A DNA stretch of 64,000 nucleotides from an uncultured Methanosarcinales archaeon. Lineage in GTDB: Archaea > Nanobdellota > Nanobdellia > Woesearchaeales > DSVV01. Of the stretch, positions 58,215 to 64,000 are shown piece after piece; within the stretch, counting starts at the first letter, position 1; every line of letters begins with the position of its first letter. The notes below the pieces were generated by a model. It was not told the origin of the DNA and ran no database searches. It saw only the letters and a program-made list of their open reading frames with translations. The translations under genes were made by a program, and so were the position numbers. Location of the stretch: the NCBI GenBank assembly GCA_964556185.1, contig CAZKVI010000003.1:2089-66088 (forward strand), given 5' to 3'.

Positions 58215-58715
58215 ATGGTCGAGAGAAGAATTGTTGTAGATACAATGAGGATGCATTACCAAGGTCTTCTTAATGTAGTTGAATTTATGGAATTTGTAGA
58301 TCGTTGGCTTCGTGAAAAAGGTTATTATAAAAAAATTGGCAGAACAGATGAAAAAGTTTTCAAAGAAAACAGACAAGTAGAAATTGAATGGGAACCTTGG
58401 AAAAAAGTTGATGAAAATGCAAAAATAGTTATTCAAATGAAATTCTTATTCACAAATGTAAAAGATGTTGTTGTAGAAAAAGACGGAATGAAGAAAAAAC
58501 TTCAACAAGCCAAGATCTCAGTTACAATGATGGGACTTATGGAATCAGACTGGGAACACAAATGGGAAAAAAGACCTTTTTACTTCTTATTCTTCTCAGT
58601 TATTGATCAGTTTGTCTGGAAAATTCATTCTGATAAGTACTTTGGTTTAGTAGCAGAAGACTGCACAGAACTAAGAAACGAAATGAAAGCTTTCTTGAAT
58701 TTGTATAGGTTCTGA
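58215..58715 (+). CDS. Hypothetical protein (paralogue 2 of a tandem pair)
   Basis: 166 aa, colinear similarity with 57659..58192. Confidence 0.4.
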   Translation: MVERRIVVDTMRMHYQGLLNVVEFMEFVDRWLREKGYYKKIGRTDEKVFKENRQVEIEWEPWKKVDENAKIVIQMKFLFTNVKDVVVEKDGMKKKLQQAKISVTMMGLMESDWEHKWEKRPFYFLFFSVIDQFVWKIHSDKYFGLVAEDCTELRNEMKAFLNLYRF

Positions 58716-58773
58716 GTCACAATACAAACATTTTTAAATATTCTAAATTTCATTTGAAAAAGACCAGATATTT

Positions 58774-58938
58774 GTGGGGGTAGCCCGTAAGAAGATTCTT
58801 TGGGTTCCCTAGAGCAAAGTCTGGTCAAATGCGCAGGACTTAAGATACACTGAAGACAGCCTTCACGGCAAAGTCTTTGTTTTGAATTAGACATCCTGTC
58901 ACTTAGTGTGTTCGGGGGTTCGAATCCCCTCCCCCACA
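58774..58938 (+). tRNA. tRNA-Leu (anticodon UAA) with two introns: ~29 nt between positions 9 and 10, and ~48 nt at 37/38
   Basis: Acceptor GUGGGGG/CCCCCAC plus A. After UA comes an insert [GCCCG...CUAGA]. D-arm GCA-AAGUCUGGUCAAA-UGC. G-CAGGA-CUUAAG[intron]A-UCCUG. Variable arm ~15 nt. T-arm GGGGG-UUCGAAU-CCCCU. Mature length ~88 nt fits a class II tRNA. Confidence 0.55.
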
Positions 58939-59068
58939 TTTTATTCTTTATTTTCTATTTTATGTGCGTACTGCTTTGCAAAGCAAATGCAGTACTCGCT
59001 GACTTTTTCCCAAGTTTTTACGAACGTAAAAAGCTGGTGGGGATCATCCTCCCCCACATTTTCTTTTT
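58926..59068 (+). repeat. Direct repeat of the tRNA-Leu 3' end (CCTCCCCCACATTTT at 58926..58940 and 59054..59068) bracketing a 110-bp spacer with a long palindromic hairpin
   Basis: Spacer contains gcgtactgc-tttgcaaagcaaa-tgcagtactcgc. The second copy forms an acceptor-like minihelix ggtgggg-atcatcct-cccccac. Confidence 0.5.
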
Positions 59069-59083
59069 GATTTTGATTAAGAA

Positions 59084-60844
59084 TTAAGGTTCAGTTGGTT
59101 CATCTAGTGATGCACTTGTTTCTAAGCCACTTCTTCTTAAACCTTTAAGAGTATAAGTTGGATCTTCAAGATAACTCTCACACTGTGCTTTAATTCCAAG
59201 AGCAGCCATAAGCATTTTATCTTTATCATCGTAAATTTCTCTAATAGAATCTCTATCTTTCATTGTTCTTGGATTAAATACTTCTGATAAAATTCCATCA
59301 AAAGAAAATTCATCTGCTGATTCAGATTGTTCTGTTACTTCACCAAATCCTCCTTTTGCTTTATAAGTTTCATAAAGCCTATGGATTTTATAAACTTTAT
59401 AATGGCTTAAGGAAGAAGAATCACTTGTATGGTAAGAACACAAATGATCAATTATTTGGTTTGTTTCTTCTAAAGTTTTTCTTACTAATACAAAGTTTTG
59501 AACATCTGGAATTTCACGACCTTCTTCGGCTTTCCATCTTCTGTAAGCATTTACAAGAATAACATTTTTGTATAATCTGTATAATCTTTCAAATCCTGCA
59601 TAATATTTTGTTCCTTTTCTAACATTTATTATTGGGTGTTTTTCAGCTAATGCATTTGCTCTTTCCTTTAATTGAGTTCTTATATCTCTTGTCCCATGTA
59701 AATCTTGTCCACTATATGCTGCAATAATTTCATCATAAGTTATTTCTTCAATTGACTCACCATCATCAGTTAATCTTTTTCTTTTCTTACTTCCATGTTC
59801 TCGTCTGCGAATTTCATCAGTATTTGCATGACAATCTGCAAACTTAACCATTATAGCTCTTTCTATATCTTCTTCTTTTATTGCTCTCTCTTTTCCTCCC
59901 CAACAAATTATTCCATCCCAGTCACTAGGTCTAAATATTTTGTTTACAGAATCATAATAATTTTGTTTAGTCCCCTTTGTCAAAAGATAACTAGTAACAG
60001 CAACTCCTCCAATCATTTCAACCATTGTACTATCAATAGCACCACCAAGGTCTTTCATGTAATTTTCTAAACAATTATAAATCCCATGATCGACAAAAAT
60101 ATCAGCTACTCTTTCCCCTTTTGTCATTAATTTACCTCTAACTTCAGATTTCTCTGAGAAACCATGTTTTCTTATTTCATCCCTCTTTTCTTGGATAAAT
60201 TTCTTCTTCTCAATAATTTCTTCTTCAACTCCCTCTAGTTCTTCCATTCTTTCTGCAACCTTTGCTTTATAACCATCTCTTCTTTTCCCTTCTAATTGTT
60301 TAATACTTCTTGTTAAGAAACCATGTCTTTCTATCAATCCACCAAGTTCTTCATGTTCAGCCATATTATAAATTCTAACAGTGTCTCTGATATAATGATC
60401 AATAAATTCTTCAGCAGTATCATGATATAATGCTGCAATAATTGTTGTAAGATCAGTAACACCAGCTTTGATGAGTGTTCTTGTAACTCTTAGTGGATGT
60501 TGTACAAAAGGTGCTCCTGTTAATTTTCTATCTGGTGCAATTCTATATTTCTCAAAACTATCATACAATGCAACTTTTAAGAATGTTTGTTCATCATCTT
60601 CTAAAGCAGAATAAGCTTCTTCTTGACCTCTATAAAGCATTCCAACAACGCTTTCGAGTTTTTCTTCTTTGTCTTTAAAATCAACTTTAAAGCTATCATC
60701 AGAATCTTTGTTTGTAAAGAAAGCAACCATTCCATGATCTATTCGACTTAAATAAAGCTCATTTCTTCCAATAAGCCTTTCAAGATTTACATGGCCACTA
60801 TGTGGACTTGGACTAACACCCATCTTCTCTTCAAATAATCTCAA
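59084..60844 (-). CDS. HD-domain protein of the RelA/SpoT (Mesh1-like (p)ppGpp hydrolase) type with long non-catalytic extensions
   Basis: HPLRVTRTLIKAGVTDLTTIIAALYHDTAEE matches the RSH hydrolase H-x(n)-HD motif. KFADCHANTDEI matches K-L-A-D-R-L-H-N. No synthetase domain recognised. GC-richer. Confidence 0.55.
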   Translation of the reverse strand: MRLFEEKMGVSPSPHSGHVNLERLIGRNELYLSRIDHGMVAFFTNKDSDDSFKVDFKDKEEKLESVVGMLYRGQEEAYSALEDDEQTFLKVALYDSFEKYRIAPDRKLTGAPFVQHPLRVTRTLIKAGVTDLTTIIAALYHDTAEEFIDHYIRDTVRIYNMAEHEELGGLIERHGFLTRSIKQLEGKRRDGYKAKVAERMEELEGVEEEIIEKKKFIQEKRDEIRKHGFSEKSEVRGKLMTKGERVADIFVDHGIYNCLENYMKDLGGAIDSTMVEMIGGVAVTSYLLTKGTKQNYYDSVNKIFRPSDWDGIICWGGKERAIKEEDIERAIMVKFADCHANTDEIRRREHGSKKRKRLTDDGESIEEITYDEIIAAYSGQDLHGTRDIRTQLKERANALAEKHPIINVRKGTKYYAGFERLYRLYKNVILVNAYRRWKAEEGREIPDVQNFVLVRKTLEETNQIIDHLCSYHTSDSSSLSHYKVYKIHRLYETYKAKGGFGEVTEQSESADEFSFDGILSEVFNPRTMKDRDSIREIYDDKDKMLMAALGIKAQCESYLEDPTYTLKGLRRSGLETSASLDEPTEP

Positions 60845-60893
60845 TTAATATTTAAATCTTCCCAACATTAACCACTATAAAGTGGAATAGAAA

Positions 60894-61373
60894 TTAAGCA
60901 ATATTCCACATGTCATCGCCTACATGGTGGATATTCTCAATGACTTTCCCAGAATTCATTCCTAACATTTCCTCAGAATTAAACAAAACCTTACCAATTG
61001 CCAGAGCTTTTCCATGTGTTTCATCAACAATAACTACAAACTCACCAACTTTAATTCCTTCATCAATCTTTGTAATACCTGGTCTCATAATGTCTGCACC
61101 AGATGTTACAAACTTTATTGCACCCATATCAACTGTAATATTTTTCAATAACTCTAAATTGTCCATAACCAATTTCAAACAAGGAATTAAAACATCATCT
61201 TGAAAAAAGAAATACAACTTTTGATTTACAAAAACTAAATTATTTTCTTTCTCAACTTTATCTTTTTTACTTAGAAAGTTCTCTTTTCCATACAATTCAA
61301 AAATCTTAGAATTCAATTCTTTAATTTCTGACTTATTAAGCTGTTTCCTCATAAGGTACAACCTCAATCTCAA
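60894..61373 (-). CDS. PUA-domain RNA-binding protein (Tma20/MCT-1-like)
   Basis: C-terminal VVIVDETHGKALAIGKVLFNSEEM is PUA-like. About 155 aa. Confidence 0.5.
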   Translation of the reverse strand: MRLRLYLMRKQLNKSEIKELNSKIFELYGKENFLSKKDKVEKENNLVFVNQKLYFFFQDDVLIPCLKLVMDNLELLKNITVDMGAIKFVTSGADIMRPGITKIDEGIKVGEFVVIVDETHGKALAIGKVLFNSEEMLGMNSGKVIENIHHVGDDMWNIA

Positions 61374-61746
61374 TTTTCATCTTATGATCTTTTGCTTTTT
61401 CTCTAAATTCATCAGAAAAATCTATAGAAGCTTTGTTTGTATTAAATGCAAGTGTTCTATTATCTAAGAAATCAGATTTTCTAACAACAAATTCATGATC
61501 ATCGTCGTAAAACTCATTATATTCTGCAATTACTTCTTCAACAACATCATCTGCAGTAATTTTAATTAATAATTTTCCACCATTACCAACTTTCTCACCA
61601 ACTTTTTGCAATTCTTTCTTATCAAAAGTTGATTTAATTCCACAAATACAATTACCTTTCCATGTTACAAAATCATCTTTTGTAAATTCAAAAGTAGTTT
61701 CGTGGTTAGCTCTAATTTCTCTATGTCCATATGCAAAGAATTTCAT
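61336..61746 (-). CDS. Hypothetical conserved small protein
   Basis: 136 aa. It overlaps the downstream PUA gene, consistent with an operon. Confidence 0.35.
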   Translation of the reverse strand: MKFFAYGHREIRANHETTFEFTKDDFVTWKGNCICGIKSTFDKKELQKVGEKVGNGGKLLIKITADDVVEEVIAEYNEFYDDDHEFVVRKSDFLDNRTLAFNTNKASIDFSDEFREKAKDHKMKIEIEVVPYEETA

Positions 61747-61799
61747 AAAATAAATTAATTATGTGTTAGTTATAAACTTTCCGGTGTTTTTGTCGTTAT

Positions 61800-61995
61800 T
61801 TTAGTTACCATCAATTTACGAGGCTCTTTAAGTTTTATATGAACAAGCAGAGGGGGTTGCCCCATCCGGGGAGATGCTGCTCTTTGAATTAAGCATAGAA
61901 AGCTGAGTCGATGGTAACTCAATAGAATTATGAAAAAAGTCATGGCCCGTTTCAACAATTCTGTGGGGTGGGGGTTTAGAATTAAGATCAGTATC
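61800..61995. ncRNA. Candidate structured ncRNA (GC-rich island between divergent genes)
   Basis: GC-rich hairpins (agagggggttgccccatccggggagatg; ggcccg..cgggcc) in an AT-rich intergenic region. ORF 61770..61958 here has poor coding character. Confidence 0.2.
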
Positions 61996-62167
61996 TACGG
62001 GCCTGACCTCTAATCTATATTATAGTTAAACTAGTATATAAATGTTACGTTTTTGTATACTGGTGTGGTTATTCTATATTTAAAGAGTATATCTTCACTA
62101 TAAAGTGATTAATATAACGAAAGGTTTATATACACCCTACAGATTACGTTTTCAAGGAGTTTAGAAA

Positions 62168-63631
62168 ATGAAACATGGAGTTTTGGGTAGTCTAGCTGGA
62201 TTAGTATCAATCTTATTCACAGCTCTAGCTCCAGGCAATGCAGGAGCGATTTCTCCTGACTTAAGAAAACAATTAGCAAGTGAAGAAGATAGACAAGAGC
62301 AAGTTGAATACACTCCAGATGTTTCTCAATTACAAATTGGTTTGTCAAGAGATGTTTCAACTTTAGAAGGTTGTTTAGATATTGAAGGAGAAGTTCTTCC
62401 TTGGAATGTTTATCATAAATTCAAACATAGAGATAATTTAGGCCAAGAATTAATTGCATATGCTCAAAACATTGATTCATTAACAACACAAGGAAATGAA
62501 CCAGAACAATTTGAGTTATTATTAAATGGATTACAAATTTATGCTCAGAATTTAGCTATTATTGGAAATGCACCAGAGGATCCACAAAAAGAACGACAAC
62601 TATTAGAAGATATAACACAAGCTAGAACTACTTTACAAGATTATAACACACAACAATCACATCTGGCCAATAATGATTCAATACTTCAACAATATGTAAA
62701 TAATCTAGATCAAAGTTCACTAAATCAAAGACAACAAACTCAATTATTCCAAAGACTTTTTACTTTGGATGATAAGCCACAATTACAAACACAAATTGCA
62801 ACAATTCTTAAACAAAGTTTTGAAAACATGCCAGGAGATAAGATTGGAATTATTGGTACAAATGATATTCCTTATGCAATTGCTGACAACAGAGTTGCTC
62901 AACTTTCTATTTTAGGAGTAGATATTCAAGATACAAATAGAAAACTCTTAAGATCAGGACCAGTTAGAGCTATTGACAGAGAATTAAATCCTGTTGATGG
63001 TTTTTATTTATTAAATGCTGAAAGATTAGCTCATTATGGAATTAATCCAGATGATACAATAACAATAGAAGGTGAAACAGGACTTGTTTATGCAACTGGT
63101 GATACAACTACAACTGACTTTTTATTTAGTTTATATGAACAACTCCCAATAAATCCAACACAACAACAAAGACTTTTAGTTAATTACATGTTCTCAGATA
63201 TTGATCCAGATAATATTTCTGGTCAAGTAACTCAACCTAGAAACAGAGGAAAATCTGTTGTTTTTTCATTTGTTCCAATGTTAGACACAACTGTTGAAGT
63301 TTTACATCCATCTTCTCAAAAATATTCAACAACAACACTTTATATATCTCCAGAAATGGAACAAGGTGTAGAAGATTATAAATTACCTGCATGGGGAGTT
63401 TCTCCTATTGATTTACAACAAATACAATCTTCTTTAGATCAATATGATCAAGCTTTTGCAGACTATGTAAGAGCAAATCTTCCTGAACTTGAACAGAGTG
63501 CAAGAGAACAAGCAGAAGCTTTTTCTAGAATGATTACACCATATCTACAAATAGCTAGTAATCCAGCTCTAGAATATACTATTGATGCAAATAGCTCTCA
63601 AGAACCAAATGAACACCTACCAATAGAATAA
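62168..63631 (+). CDS. Secreted Gln/Asn-rich protein (signal peptide)
   Basis: MKHGVLGSLAGLVSILFTALAPGNAGA signal. A cgaaaggtttatata BRE/TATA and a ggag RBS lie upstream. An AAAGTGATTAAT half-site sits at 62103. Confidence 0.45.
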   Translation: MKHGVLGSLAGLVSILFTALAPGNAGAISPDLRKQLASEEDRQEQVEYTPDVSQLQIGLSRDVSTLEGCLDIEGEVLPWNVYHKFKHRDNLGQELIAYAQNIDSLTTQGNEPEQFELLLNGLQIYAQNLAIIGNAPEDPQKERQLLEDITQARTTLQDYNTQQSHLANNDSILQQYVNNLDQSSLNQRQQTQLFQRLFTLDDKPQLQTQIATILKQSFENMPGDKIGIIGTNDIPYAIADNRVAQLSILGVDIQDTNRKLLRSGPVRAIDRELNPVDGFYLLNAERLAHYGINPDDTITIEGETGLVYATGDTTTTDFLFSLYEQLPINPTQQQRLLVNYMFSDIDPDNISGQVTQPRNRGKSVVFSFVPMLDTTVEVLHPSSQKYSTTTLYISPEMEQGVEDYKLPAWGVSPIDLQQIQSSLDQYDQAFADYVRANLPELEQSAREQAEAFSRMITPYLQIASNPALEYTIDANSSQEPNEHLPIE

Positions 63632-64000
63632 TCACTTACTTATTTTAATAGCTCTTAATTTATCACAAACACTTCTTGAATATGCTAATCTGTCTTTTGT
63701 ATCAGAATAAATTGTAAATAATTTATCTCCTGGTTTAACATGATCTCCTGTATGCACATGCAAATAAACTCCTGCTTCTTTATCATGTGGTGCACCAGCA
63801 AACCTTGCAAATTTATTTATTAAATTATTGCCAATATGTAAAACTTTTCCAGGCCTATTTGTTTTTACAGTATAAAAGTGTTTAGCCAATCTAATTTTCT
63901 CAGCTTTAACTTTTTTGCCATTCTGTGCTTTAATAATTTCCCAGAATTTCTTCTCAGCTTTTCCACTCTCAAGAATTTCTCTTGCTAATTTCTTACCTTT
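63632..64000 (-). CDS. Thymidine/AMP phosphorylase family protein, C-terminal part (frame open to the window end)
   Basis: The C-terminal domain GAPHDKEAGVYLHVHTGDHVKPGDKLFTIYSD resembles the pyrimidine-nucleoside phosphorylase C-terminus. The reading frame continues without a stop to position 64000. Confidence 0.55.
   Translation of the reverse strand, partial: KGKKLAREILESGKAEKKFWEIIKAQNGKKVKAEKIRLAKHFYTVKTNRPGKVLHIGNNLINKFARFAGAPHDKEAGVYLHVHTGDHVKPGDKLFTIYSDTKDRLAYSRSVCDKLRAIKISK

Noticed and set aside
1-64000. CRISPR arrays, rRNA genes, integrase/transposase genes
   Set aside because: No regularly spaced direct repeats with unique spacers were seen. No rRNA-like GC-rich blocks of adequate length were seen. 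No ORF shows tyrosine/serine recombinase or DDE transposase motifs. The att-like duplications therefore lack a recognisable recombinase in this window.
1-64000. Possibility that the contig is bacterial because of the sigma-70, RsuA, TylF and RelE/AbrB genes
   Set aside because: The backbone is unmistakably archaeal (histone, L7Ae, S24e/S27ae/S28e/L24e, aEF-2, Spt4, Rpo7, TFE, BHB-intron tRNAs, BRE/TATA promoters). The bacterial-type genes are therefore best read as acquired.

Overview
This 64 kb window is an AT-rich archaeal chromosomal segment with a dense core of information-processing genes. These include IleRS; the L1-P0(L10)-P1(L12) cluster; the S27ae-S24e-Spt4-Rpo7-PIN operon; an archaeal histone; L7Ae-S28e-L24e-Ndk; aEF-2; aEF-1alpha-S10; TFE; intron-containing tRNAs; a Dus; AsnB; and a UPF0182 membrane protein. 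Interspersed between these genes are GC-richer accessory islands that look laterally acquired. The most striking is a near-canonical bacterial sigma-70 factor located beside an intron-containing tRNA-Lys and beside a 39-bp duplicate of the S10 3' end that differs from the functional copy only at synonymous sites. Other accessory items are: a ~1.6 kb insertion flanked by 50-bp direct repeats of a gene 3' end that carries a nucleotidyltransferase-type two-gene module; a RelE/AbrB toxin-antitoxin pair; a SpoT/RelA-like HD hydrolase; a HemK-methyltransferase/RIO-Bud32-kinase fusion; a surface/membrane cluster with an extracytoplasmic Lon-type S16 protease domain; recurring structured motifs (a GAAGTCGAAGACTTC hairpin and an AAAAGTGATTAATCACTTTT operator-like palindrome embedded in a ~90-bp repeated promoter module); and several GC-rich candidate ncRNA loci, two of them partial duplicates of tRNA 3' ends. 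No CRISPR array, rRNA gene or recombinase was recognised. All calls rest on reading the sequence and translations only; no database search was run.
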